From a virus (lineage: Duplodnaviria; Caudoviricetes), in the IMG/VR virus record IMGVR_UViG_3300018914_000034, positions 1-58,174 of that record: a DNA stretch of 58,174 nucleotides; one strand, 5' to 3'. Shown here piece after piece: positions 44,195 through 52,542 of this stretch. How positions within the stretch are numbered: the stretch's first letter is position 1; every line of letters begins with the position of its first letter. The notes beneath the pieces were generated by a model. The model made no database searches. It saw only the letters and a list, made by a program, of their open reading frames with translations, and had not been told where the DNA came from. The position numbers and the translations under genes were made by a program.

Positions 44195-44209
44195 GTTCTT
44201 ATTTCGTTC
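44195..44209. promoter_or_regulatory. Alphaproteobacterial LexA (SOS) box
   Basis: GTTC-TTATTTC-GTTC is an exact GTTC-N7-GTTC, 15 bp upstream of the Zn-ribbon start codon. Confidence 0.8.
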
Positions 44210-44287
44210 ATGGTGCGTTAGGCATATATGGCTGTCGAGTCAGATTCCGCTTTTCCACAGCAGTTAACAATAATGCTGTCATAAGCA

Positions 44288-44341
44288 ATACCATCCACAT
44301 TCCATATTGGTATTGACGTACATATACCAAATCGGTATTGA
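44288..44341 (+). promoter_or_regulatory. PL/OL-like promoter with repressor operators
   Basis: TTGACG(44313)-17-TATTGA(44336); operators ATTCCATATTGGTAT 44299-44313 and ATACCAAATCGGTAT 44324-44338 match OR. Confidence 0.88.
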
Positions 44342-44371
44342 TGGGTCATCTTTCACGAGGCGATACCGCCA

Positions 44372-44752
44372 ATGACCCACACCCCTTCGAAACACTTGAG
44401 CCGTTTTCATTCAGTATCGGAGAACCGCGCTCTCACCCACGACGGCTACATCTGGCCGGTTCCCCGGGCAGAGATGCAACAGGCTCCGGCCATCGTCGAG
44501 CGCATGGCCGAAGACTTAGACCAAGTGGTCAAGTCTCATACCCGGATCTCGCTCTCGGGCCTCGGTTGGACGGCAGACCAGTTGATCCGCCACCGAGCCG
44601 CGGCCGTCGCCCGCTACAAGAAGGGCCAGGCTGCCACGGGCAGCTTCTCCACGAACGTGCGCAGCTTCGCCGCCGACGCCGCCGAGCTCGCCTGCCTCGC
44701 CGCCTTCGTCGGAATGGTGGGCGTGTGGGCGATCATCCTGGGGGGCCTTTGA
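44372..44752 (+). CDS. First early-operon gene, C-terminal TM
   Basis: GAGG RBS after PL; hydrophobic C-terminus. Confidence 0.7.
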   Translation: MTHTPSKHLSRFHSVSENRALTHDGYIWPVPRAEMQQAPAIVERMAEDLDQVVKSHTRISLSGLGWTADQLIRHRAAAVARYKKGQAATGSFSTNVRSFAADAAELACLAAFVGMVGVWAIILGGL

Positions 44753-45024
44753 TGTTCCACACCTTCACGCCCCGCTCCGGCTACGACGGCTACAGCCGGC
44801 ACAATCTCGCCACCGGCCCCTTTGCCGAAGCCAGCCTCCGGGCCTGGTCCGTGCTGCAGTTCGCCCGCGAGTTCCACCACAGCGGTGACCCGGCCGGCAT
44901 GGCGGAGATCCTCACCGTCATCAAGTCGAGCGTCGGCCAGTGGCCGGCCGAGGTCCAGCGCTTCCTCTTCCGCGGCCTCGCGGCGATCGGCGAATCCGCC
45001 GCACCAGCCAATGAGGTGGCGTGA
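44752..45024 (+). CDS. Hypothetical protein (90 aa)
   Basis: TGATG overlap with the previous gene; MFHTFTPR...NEVA*. Confidence 0.7.
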   Translation: MFHTFTPRSGYDGYSRHNLATGPFAEASLRAWSVLQFAREFHHSGDPAGMAEILTVIKSSVGQWPAEVQRFLFRGLAAIGESAAPANEVA

Positions 45025-45066
45025 TGCGGCAACCGTCTCATGCGCCCCACGGAGCCGATGACGCGA

Positions 45067-45357
45067 CTAGTGGCCCGAACCTTCGGTCTTTGCCCGGCGC
45101 AAGGCTTCTGTTTCCAGCGTCTCCAGGAGCGTTTCGGCGATCCCTCGCACGGTCTCTTGCGCGGCTCGCATCGCGTCTTGATCCGACAGCGGGTCGCCGG
45201 CCATTGCCTCCATCTTCTCCTCGATGGGACGAAGATAGGCTGACAGGGTTGTGGGCGGGTGCCGAGACTCCACCGCAACCCGCCAAATCAGATGGGTCAG
45301 CATCGTCTCATACGCAAACAGGCGACCGTACAGCTCGCGCTTCTCTTCATCCGTCAT
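45067..45357 (-). CDS. Antisense acidic helical protein (96 aa)
   Basis: GGAG RBS; protein-like MTDEEKRELYGRLFAYETMLTHLI; opposite to the early operon. Confidence 0.7.
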   Translation of the reverse strand: MTDEEKRELYGRLFAYETMLTHLIWRVAVESRHPPTTLSAYLRPIEEKMEAMAGDPLSDQDAMRAAQETVRGIAETLLETLETEALRRAKTEGSGH

Positions 45358-45523
45358 CAGCTTGCTCCGAGGAATCGGGCCGCCGCCTTGCGGTTGACGA
45401 CGGTCGCGCACGTCTCGTCGTCGTGGTTGAGATCGGCTGGCACGCTTATGGTCCTCGCGGGTGGGAGATCGATCCTATCGCCACTGCCGAGATGCAGGCA
45501 AGGCAGAGGGTGGAGGGCCGCCC

Positions 45524-46129
45524 ATGACCTGGATGCCTTCCGTTTTCGGCAAGCCGATCGAGCTGCTCAAGCCCCGAGCAGACCAGGTCGATTTCAGCGC
45601 CATGGCGCATGCCCTCGCCAACGTGAACCGCTACGGCGGCCACGCGCAGACGCCGGTGTCCGTCGGCCTTCACGTGTTGATCGGGTGCGATATCGCGCCC
45701 GAGGCCTTGCGCCCCTGGTGGCTGCTCCATGACGGGCACGAAGAGCGCATGGGCGACACCGCCAGCCCCGTGAAGGAGACCTACAGCGCCCTCGCAACGG
45801 AGATGTACGGCCCTGAGGTGTCGAGCATGCTCACCCGGGTGCGGCTTGAGTTCGAGCGTCGCCACGACGCCGTCATCCACCAGGCGGCCGGGCTTCCCCT
45901 GCCGACGGACGAGCAGAAGCGGGAGATCCGGCGCATCGACCTGATCGCCCTCGCCACAGAGAAGCGCGACTTCCACGCCGAGCAGACCCGTCCCTGGTTC
46001 ACGGATCTTCACGGCATCCAGCCGGCGAAGCGGATCTACCGCTGGAAGCCGCCGGTGGTGGTCGCCGACGAGCTCTACCGCCGCTTTCGCAAGTACCTTC
46101 CCAGCCTTTCCACCCGCCACGTCGCCTAA
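45524..46129 (+). CDS. HD-superfamily phosphohydrolase (YfbR-like nucleotidase)
   Basis: AHALA..NRY.GH, SV..H, LLHDGHE..MGD..SPVK, D...L.TE.RD; GGAGG RBS. Confidence 0.88.
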   Translation: MTWMPSVFGKPIELLKPRADQVDFSAMAHALANVNRYGGHAQTPVSVGLHVLIGCDIAPEALRPWWLLHDGHEERMGDTASPVKETYSALATEMYGPEVSSMLTRVRLEFERRHDAVIHQAAGLPLPTDEQKREIRRIDLIALATEKRDFHAEQTRPWFTDLHGIQPAKRIYRWKPPVVVADELYRRFRKYLPSLSTRHVA

Positions 46130-46142
46130 ACCGAGGCACCCC

Positions 46143-47258
46143 ATGAACATCACGCTTGAAAGAGACCAGCTGCTGAACGCGCTCGGCGTCGTTCACCGCA
46201 TCGTGCCGAAGAAGGCCGACATCCCGATTCTGCAGAACGTCCTGCTCGATGCAGGCCCGCTCACCATCACCGCGAACGACTGCGACATGATGGGAACGGC
46301 CGTTCTGGCAGGCCAGGCCGGCACCTCATCGGACCGCATCACGGTGCCTGGGCACACCCTCTACGACATCGTGCGCAAGTTCCCGGCCGGCGCCACCATC
46401 AACGCCGCGCTGGAGGGCCCGAAGGGGCCGCTGATCGTCAAGAGCGGGCGCTCCCGGTTCTCGCTGCAGACGCTGCCGGCCGAGGACTTTCCCGACTTCA
46501 GCATCGGCGAAATGAGCCATCACTTCTTCATCCCAGGCGCGACGCTGGCAAAGCTGATCGGCCGCTGCGAGTTCGCGATCTGCACGGAACCGACGCGCTT
46601 CTATCTGAACGGCATCTACCTGCACGTGGTCGATGGGCCGGACGGGCCGATGCTTCGCCTGGTCGCGACCGATGGGCTGCGCCTGGCGCAGGTCCAGACG
46701 ATCGCTCCCCCGGAAGCGGAGGGCATGCCGAGCGTGATCGTGCCGCGCTTCTTCGTATCGGAAATGAAGCGCATTGCGGAGACGGCCGGCGACGTCGAGA
46801 TCTCGCTGTCGAAGAACAAGATCCGCATCAGCAACGGCAAGGGCACGGTGCTGGTATCCAAGCTGATCGACGCGCAGTTCCCTGATTACCAGCGGGTGAT
46901 CCCTTCGTCGCACAGCAGGACGGCCGTGATCGAGCGGGCCTGCCTGGAAACCGCTCTCGATCGCCTGCTGACCATCGCCGAGGGCAAGCAGAACGCGGTG
47001 AAGTTCGCCTTCAAAGAGGATCAGCTCGAGCTCACGCACACCAACCCCGACCGGGGCTTCGCATCGGAGGAGATCGACGCCTCAATGACAGGCGACGACT
47101 TCGAGATCGGCTTCAACGGGCGCTTCGTCCTCGACGTGCTCGGCGCTGCCGGCGGCGAGCGCATCATCCTGAAGATGGGCGAGCCGGGCGCGCCCGGCGT
47201 TTTCCACCCCGAGGATGACGAGAATGCCCTCTTCGTCTGCATGCCGATGAGGGTGTGA
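46143..47258 (+). CDS. dnaN: Phage-encoded DNA polymerase III beta sliding clamp
   Basis: Full-length 371 aa: IPILQNVLL, LPAEDFP, RFYLNGIYLH, VATDG.RLA, SKLID..FPDY.RVIP, IGFN, MPMRV. Confidence 0.95.
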   Translation: MNITLERDQLLNALGVVHRIVPKKADIPILQNVLLDAGPLTITANDCDMMGTAVLAGQAGTSSDRITVPGHTLYDIVRKFPAGATINAALEGPKGPLIVKSGRSRFSLQTLPAEDFPDFSIGEMSHHFFIPGATLAKLIGRCEFAICTEPTRFYLNGIYLHVVDGPDGPMLRLVATDGLRLAQVQTIAPPEAEGMPSVIVPRFFVSEMKRIAETAGDVEISLSKNKIRISNGKGTVLVSKLIDAQFPDYQRVIPSSHSRTAVIERACLETALDRLLTIAEGKQNAVKFAFKEDQLELTHTNPDRGFASEEIDASMTGDDFEIGFNGRFVLDVLGAAGGERIILKMGEPGAPGVFHPEDDENALFVCMPMRV

Positions 47259-47260
47259 CG

Positions 47261-47491
47261 ATGAAGCCCACTGGAGCCACCCTTTATCACCTGCAGCAGC
47301 GCCGGTTGCAGATCTTGAAAAAGGCGGAAGCGGCCCGAAAGGCGCACCGAGGTCAGCGCTTGGCGCACCGCGACGCGAAGAAGGCGACCCACAGCCTGCT
47401 TAGGGCTGAAGTGCAGGCCCGCAGAATCGAAGCCAAGAGCGCAGCCAAGGCTGCGCCTGCCACTGACCTCTTTTCCCTGGAGCTTACCTGA
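47261..47491 (+). CDS. Small basic hypothetical protein
   Basis: Coupled to dnaN; ends DLFSLELT. Confidence 0.65.
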   Translation: MKPTGATLYHLQQRRLQILKKAEAARKAHRGQRLAHRDAKKATHSLLRAEVQARRIEAKSAAKAAPATDLFSLELT

Positions 47492-47808
47492 TGGCTCAGC
47501 CCTCCCCTTCCAAGCTCGAGGCAGCGCGCAGCGCGTCCGATCGCGCCGCACGAACGAAGTTGATGGCGGACGTCATGCGTGAGCGCGAGGCCGCCGACGG
47601 CGCCTGCCAGTCGAACCACCTGCGCGCCGCCGGCTTCACCGAGGCCGAGATCTGGGCCTATGCCGACGACGCCCGCGCTCTGCTGTCCGGCCGCAAGCCA
47701 CTGCGCCGCGCCGTCCCCCCTGCTCAGAGTGTGGGCAATGCCCTGGTCGCGCAGGCCAGGAAGATCCGCGCCCGCATTCACAGCGCCCAGGAGGTCCGCC
47801 GTGGCTGA
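47491..47808 (+). CDS. Hypothetical protein
   Basis: TGATG overlap, GGAG RBS; L.AAGFT.AEI..YAD.AR motif. Confidence 0.7.
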   Translation: MAQPSPSKLEAARSASDRAARTKLMADVMREREAADGACQSNHLRAAGFTEAEIWAYADDARALLSGRKPLRRAVPPAQSVGNALVAQARKIRARIHSAQEVRRG

Positions 47809-48163
47809 CATTTCCGACCCAGCCAACACCGCAGCTCTCCACGACGTTATCGCCGAGCGCAGGCGGCAAGTCAGCGAGGAAGGATGGGACGCGGCGCACG
47901 ACGACGAGCATGCCAAAGGTGAGCTCGGCCGTGCAGCGCTGAACTATCTCGCCGCCGCCTGCATCGCCACATTGCTCGGTGGCAAGAGCTACGAGGGCAC
48001 CCCTCCTCTCCATCGCTGGGGCGGCGCACTCGGCTGGCCTTGGCACTGGAGCTGGTGGAAACCCGGCATCGTGCGCCGGATGCTGGTCAAGGCCGCTGCC
48101 CTGATCCTCGCCGAAATCGAGCGCCTCGACCGCGCCGCTGCGAGGGAGGCCAGCAATGGGTGA
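47801..48163 (+). CDS. Conserved phage protein (ERRRQ..EGW..HDD.H..WPW..WWKP family)
   Basis: GTG start with AGGAGG RBS; recognisable phage early-gene motif. Confidence 0.8.
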   Translation: MADISDPANTAALHDVIAERRRQVSEEGWDAAHDDEHAKGELGRAALNYLAAACIATLLGGKSYEGTPPLHRWGGALGWPWHWSWWKPGIVRRMLVKAAALILAEIERLDRAAAREASNG

Positions 48164-49325
48164 CAAGAGCCGCATTGAATGGACGCACGCCACCTGGAAT
48201 CCGACCGTCGGCTGCACCGTCGTCTCCCCAGGCTGCACGAACTGCTACGCCATGGGTCAGGCCGCCCGCCTGCTCGACGGCAACCCGGCGGCCCCACACT
48301 ACGAGGGAACCACGCGGCGGGTGAACGGCAACGCCGTCTGGTCCGGCAAGGTCGCCCTCGCTACCGACGACATCCTGCTGCAACCTTTGAAATGGAAACG
48401 CCCGCGCCTGATCTTCGTCAACTCCATGTCGGACCTCTTTCACGAGAGTATCCCGGACGAATGGATCGACAAGGTTCTCGCGGTGATGGCGCTGGCGCCG
48501 CAGCACACCTTTCAGGTGCTGACGAAGCGCGCCAGCCGAATGCGAGCCTACCTCTCCGACCACAAGCGGCTCTACGCCCGCGTCTACTCAGTGATCTTCG
48601 ATCAGCTTCCGAGCGCGGCCTTTCGCTTCGACGTCAATCCCGCTGCGGAGAACATGAATGCCTGGCTGGCCAGCGGCATCCTCAGGAACATTTGGTTCGG
48701 TGTCTCGACCGAGGACCAGGCGCGGGCGGACGAGAGGATACCCGACCTCCTCGCCACTCCGGCCGCCGTGCGCTGGGTGAGCGCCGAGCCCCTGCTCGGG
48801 CCAATCGATTTCGGGCGGATTGAGCTCGTCGCGCAGAAGCCCGGCTCACGCCGTGCCGGCATTCATCTCGACGCTCTCCGCGGCAAATACGTCGAGAGCG
48901 GAACGCCCTATGCCGGTGAATGGGATGTCACGGGCCCCCTTCCGAGCAAGGCTGCTGCCGTCCGCCTCGACTGGATCGTGGTTGGCGGCGAGAGCGGAAG
49001 GCACGCCCGACCGATGCATCCGGACTGGGCCCGCTCGATCAGGGACCAATGCGCCACCGCCGGCGTCCCGTTCTTCTTCAAGCAATGGGGCGAGTGGGGG
49101 CCTGGAGTGCCATTCAGCGCCGACATTTCGGCCCGGCGTGTTTATCGCGGCGAGATTCAGACCCTGCAGATCGCCGGCTCGCGCGAGATCAAGCTGGCAA
49201 TCCCAACCCGCGATGACGACGCACATGGAGAGCCGCTGACGCTGGAGCGATACGGCAAGAAGATCGCCGGTCGCCAGCTCGACGGCTGCACCCATGACGC
49301 TATGCCGGAGACGCACAATGCCTGA
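48156..49325 (+). CDS. Phage Gp37/Gp68 (DUF5131) radical-SAM-like protein
   Basis: IEWT..TWNP..GC..VSPGC.NCYA, FVNSMSDLFH, SAEPLLG, VGGESG, PFFFKQWG. Confidence 0.95.
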   Translation: MGDKSRIEWTHATWNPTVGCTVVSPGCTNCYAMGQAARLLDGNPAAPHYEGTTRRVNGNAVWSGKVALATDDILLQPLKWKRPRLIFVNSMSDLFHESIPDEWIDKVLAVMALAPQHTFQVLTKRASRMRAYLSDHKRLYARVYSVIFDQLPSAAFRFDVNPAAENMNAWLASGILRNIWFGVSTEDQARADERIPDLLATPAAVRWVSAEPLLGPIDFGRIELVAQKPGSRRAGIHLDALRGKYVESGTPYAGEWDVTGPLPSKAAAVRLDWIVVGGESGRHARPMHPDWARSIRDQCATAGVPFFFKQWGEWGPGVPFSADISARRVYRGEIQTLQIAGSREIKLAIPTRDDDAHGEPLTLERYGKKIAGRQLDGCTHDAMPETHNA

Positions 49326-49536
49326 CATCTGCATGTGCGATTCCTCCATCTGCCCGGCCCGTCGCAACTGCTACCGCCACGCCGAGAGCGGCACGGTGCC
49401 GAGCGAGCGGCAACCCTACTACGAGCTGGGCGACGAGAGCGGCCTGAGCGAGGACGAACGCTGCGCCTGGTTCTGGCCTGCCGGTCAGATCGAGCTGCCG
49501 TTCATCACCCACCGAACCAACGAGGAGCGCCCATGA
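49318..49536 (+). CDS. Small Cys-rich protein
   Basis: MPDICMC....CP....CYR....C..FWP; GGAG RBS. Confidence 0.7.
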   Translation: MPDICMCDSSICPARRNCYRHAESGTVPSERQPYYELGDESGLSEDERCAWFWPAGQIELPFITHRTNEERP

Positions 49537-49868
49537 GCGAAGAGACTCTGCTCACGGCCTCCCGCCGTGTCGTCCGCTTCTTCAAGATCGACGAGGCCCA
49601 CGGCGGTTTCACCACGCCGCATACGGTGCACGCCGTCGATACCCTGCGGCGCCAGATCGAGCTGTCCAGCGCCCGCGGTCAGAAGTCCGACCTCCTGACG
49701 GCCGCGCGGCACATGGAGGTCTGTTTCTCCATCGATGAGGCCGGAGGCGGTCTCATGTCCGTCAACACCCTCAAGGCCGTCGAGGGCCTCGATAAGCAGG
49801 TCCGCCTCGAAGCCGCGCGCATGGTCCCCGAAGAAGCCACAGCCATGAACCCGGAGCCCAAGACATGA
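49533..49868 (+). CDS. Hypothetical protein made of two ~45-aa repeats
   Basis: GAGGAG RBS; LLTA.R....F.IDEA.GG.....T..AV..L..Q..L occurs twice. Confidence 0.75.
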   Translation: MSEETLLTASRRVVRFFKIDEAHGGFTTPHTVHAVDTLRRQIELSSARGQKSDLLTAARHMEVCFSIDEAGGGLMSVNTLKAVEGLDKQVRLEAARMVPEEATAMNPEPKT

Positions 49869-51748
49869 GCACCACCGAACTCCGCCACCTGCGCTACGGA
49901 CACGACGAGCGCGCTCCGGCCGGTCTCTCCAACCCGCGTAAGGCAAACCGCGATGAGGGGATCGAGCAGCTCTCCGCCTCGATCCTCTCCGCGGGTGTCA
50001 TTCAGCCCCTCGCCGTCGTCGACGGCGGTGACGGCTTCTTCTACGTCGCGGAAGGCAACCGCCGGCTGCGGGCGCTGGAGCGGCTCCGCGAGGCCGGCGC
50101 TCTCTCTGGAGCCTACCCGGTTCCGACCAAGCTCATCAACCTTGCGCTCGCCCGAGAGGCAGCCCTCGCTGCGAACGTGGTCCGCGTCCCCCTGCATGAG
50201 GCCGACCAGTACGAAGCCTTCACGGCTCTCGCGAACGAGGGGCTCTCCGAAGACGAGATCGCCTCCCGGTTCGGAATTGATCGGAAACGGGTGCAGCGGA
50301 TCCTCGCGCTCGGGCGCCTCTCACCGAAGATCCTGCAGGCCTGGCGCGAGGGCGCGTTCCCCCGCAGCGCCCTGGAGTGCGTTCAGGCGTTCACGCTGGC
50401 CCCGAGCGTCAAGGCGCAGGAGAAAGCCTTTGAGAAGCTCCGGAAGAACCACGGCCTGTGGCCGCATGTCATCCGGGCCGAGTTCGGCGCCGGCAAGGGC
50501 GACGCGGCGAAGCACTACGCCTTCGTCGGCCGGGAAGTTTATGAGGCTGCCGGCGGCAAGGTCACGGAGGACCTCTTCGGCGACGACCATGTCATCTCCG
50601 ATCCCGCGCTCGCAAAGCGCCTCTCCGACGAGAAGCTCAAAGCCGAATGCGCCCGTCTTGTCGCCGAAGGATGGGCCTGGGCATCGGACGTCGCGGATCT
50701 TCCGCAGGGCGCCCGATGGAGCTGGCAGCAGGTCTCGGTTGGCCGACTGACGTTCACCGAGGGGGAGTCCGCGCGCCTCGCCGAGCTGCAGGCGATCATC
50801 GACAAGGCGGAGGATGACGAAAGCGATGCGGCCTTTGAAGCGTCGGCAGCGGCCGAGGCGGAGCGGGAGGCCATCCATGAGGCCGCCACTCTTCGCCGCT
50901 TCGACGCGAAGGCGAAGGCGAAATCCGGCTGCATCCTCATGCTCGATCATGCGGGACAGCTCGAGATCAAATATGGCGTTCTGAAGCCGGACACCGCTAA
51001 GCCGGCCAAGACGAAAAGCGCCGCCGCGAAGGAGAAGAAGGAACCGGGGATTTCCAATGCCCTAATCCACCGGCTGTCGCAGCAGCTGACCCAGGCGGCC
51101 GCCGAGGCCGTGAAAGAGCACCCGCAGCGCGCGTTCGAGATCGCCGTCGCCGCCTTGATGGCGAACAGCGGCTATCGCTCGAAGGCCCGGCTCAAGCATG
51201 AAGGCATGCTCAGTTCCACCTCCTACGGCAGCGTGAAGGTTCAGCACGACGTCGATTTCGAGGATGCTTTCCGGGATGTCATGGCGATGGACGCCGACCA
51301 GCAGCTCGGCACGCTTGCCGGCATCGTCGGCCAGTCGTTCGACTTCCAGACGCACAACTCCGCGTCCCCGCCGCTGAAGGATGAAGGCGCGGCCATGATT
51401 TGCGAGGTCCTCGGCCAGGAAATGGTCAAGTGCCTGCGCAGTGCGTTCGATGCCGACGATTACTTCGCGAGCATCAGCCGGGCGCTCATCGATACGGCGA
51501 TCAAGGAGATGGGAAGGCCGGAGAAGCTGAAGGGGTCGAAGGCGGAAGTCGCTGCAACGGCCGCGCAGTACGCCCGCGAGACCGGATGGCTGCCACGCGA
51601 ACTCCGGACCCGGCTCTACGATGGCCCCGGCTCTCAACCGGCCGGCCAGGAGAAGCCGAAGAGCAAGGCCCCTGCATCGAAGGCCTCGAAGGGAGCCGGC
51701 CGCAAAGGGCGTCGGGTTGAGGACACCCTGGAGGAGCAGGCGGCATGA
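49865..51748 (+). CDS. Long ParB/RepB/Spo0J-family protein
   Basis: NPRK..I.QL.ASI...GVIQPL, EGNRRLRAL, N..R..LH.ADQ..AF, HTH EIASRFG. Confidence 0.9.
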   Translation: MSTTELRHLRYGHDERAPAGLSNPRKANRDEGIEQLSASILSAGVIQPLAVVDGGDGFFYVAEGNRRLRALERLREAGALSGAYPVPTKLINLALAREAALAANVVRVPLHEADQYEAFTALANEGLSEDEIASRFGIDRKRVQRILALGRLSPKILQAWREGAFPRSALECVQAFTLAPSVKAQEKAFEKLRKNHGLWPHVIRAEFGAGKGDAAKHYAFVGREVYEAAGGKVTEDLFGDDHVISDPALAKRLSDEKLKAECARLVAEGWAWASDVADLPQGARWSWQQVSVGRLTFTEGESARLAELQAIIDKAEDDESDAAFEASAAAEAEREAIHEAATLRRFDAKAKAKSGCILMLDHAGQLEIKYGVLKPDTAKPAKTKSAAAKEKKEPGISNALIHRLSQQLTQAAAEAVKEHPQRAFEIAVAALMANSGYRSKARLKHEGMLSSTSYGSVKVQHDVDFEDAFRDVMAMDADQQLGTLAGIVGQSFDFQTHNSASPPLKDEGAAMICEVLGQEMVKCLRSAFDADDYFASISRALIDTAIKEMGRPEKLKGSKAEVAATAAQYARETGWLPRELRTRLYDGPGSQPAGQEKPKSKAPASKASKGAGRKGRRVEDTLEEQAA

Positions 51749-51996
51749 AGCACACGAAGCCCATCACTGAACTCGACACGCCCGAGTTGGTTTGCGCCTG
51801 CCCACATTGCAAGGGACTGGGCGAGTACGTGCAACGCTACCTCGAGGGGCGGTTCACCGGCCCTTGCCAGATGTGCAAGGGTGCACGCTTCGTCTACCGC
51901 ACGAGCGGCGTTCCCGTGCCGAAGAGCGTACGCGCTCAGATCGAGACGATGAACGGCGTGACGTTTGATCGTATCTTCCTGGGGCAGGACCAATGA
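51745..51996 (+). CDS. Small Zn-finger protein (CxxCxGxG twice)
   Basis: CPHCKGLG...CQMCKG; ATGA overlap. Confidence 0.75.
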   Translation: MKHTKPITELDTPELVCACPHCKGLGEYVQRYLEGRFTGPCQMCKGARFVYRTSGVPVPKSVRAQIETMNGVTFDRIFLGQDQ

Positions 51997-52244
51997 CGGG
52001 CCTCCGGGCACTCAAGGTCGCAGCGCTCCCTGGACCCTATGCCTTCCCGATCGGTGCTGGAGTGCGAGCCGGCGAATACACCGGCGTGGTCGTCGCGCAG
52101 CCCGGCCCCTACTCGGTCACGATCCGCGAGCCCTCCGGCCGTCTCCTGACCACGACCACCACGGACATGGCGCTCGACCGGGGCGCCGTGCCGGTCCGCC
52201 AGGCCGAGCCCCCAGCGCCGGCCGATCTGTTCTCTTTTCTCTGA
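51993..52244 (+). CDS. Hypothetical protein
   Basis: ATGA overlap; ends ADLFSFL. Confidence 0.65.
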   Translation: MTGLRALKVAALPGPYAFPIGAGVRAGEYTGVVVAQPGPYSVTIREPSGRLLTTTTTDMALDRGAVPVRQAEPPAPADLFSFL

Positions 52245-52253
52245 TCACCGACC

Positions 52254-52538
52254 ATGTCCCGAACCGACATCCGTCCCGATCCCCTCTCCTACCCGCCGCG
52301 CGGCATGTCCCGCGAGGAAGCCGCGCGCTACATCGGCGTGGGCACCACTCTCTTCGACGAGATGGTGGCCGACGGCCGAATGCCGAAGGGCAAGCGGATC
52401 AACGGCCGCATCGTCTGGGACCGATATGCCCTGGATGCGGCCTTCTCCGACCTCGACAGCGAAAACGTCAACACTCTGGACCGGATTCTCGGCCAGGGAG
52501 GCAAAGTTGCGCGTGCGCCAGGGAGCAAGCTAAGCTGA
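52254..52538 (+). CDS. Excisionase-like (AlpA/HTH) protein
   Basis: PRGMSREEAARYIGVG.T.FD.MV.DGRMP..WDR..LD.AF; directly upstream of int. Confidence 0.88.
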   Translation: MSRTDIRPDPLSYPPRGMSREEAARYIGVGTTLFDEMVADGRMPKGKRINGRIVWDRYALDAAFSDLDSENVNTLDRILGQGGKVARAPGSKLS

Positions 52539-52542
52539 CGGC

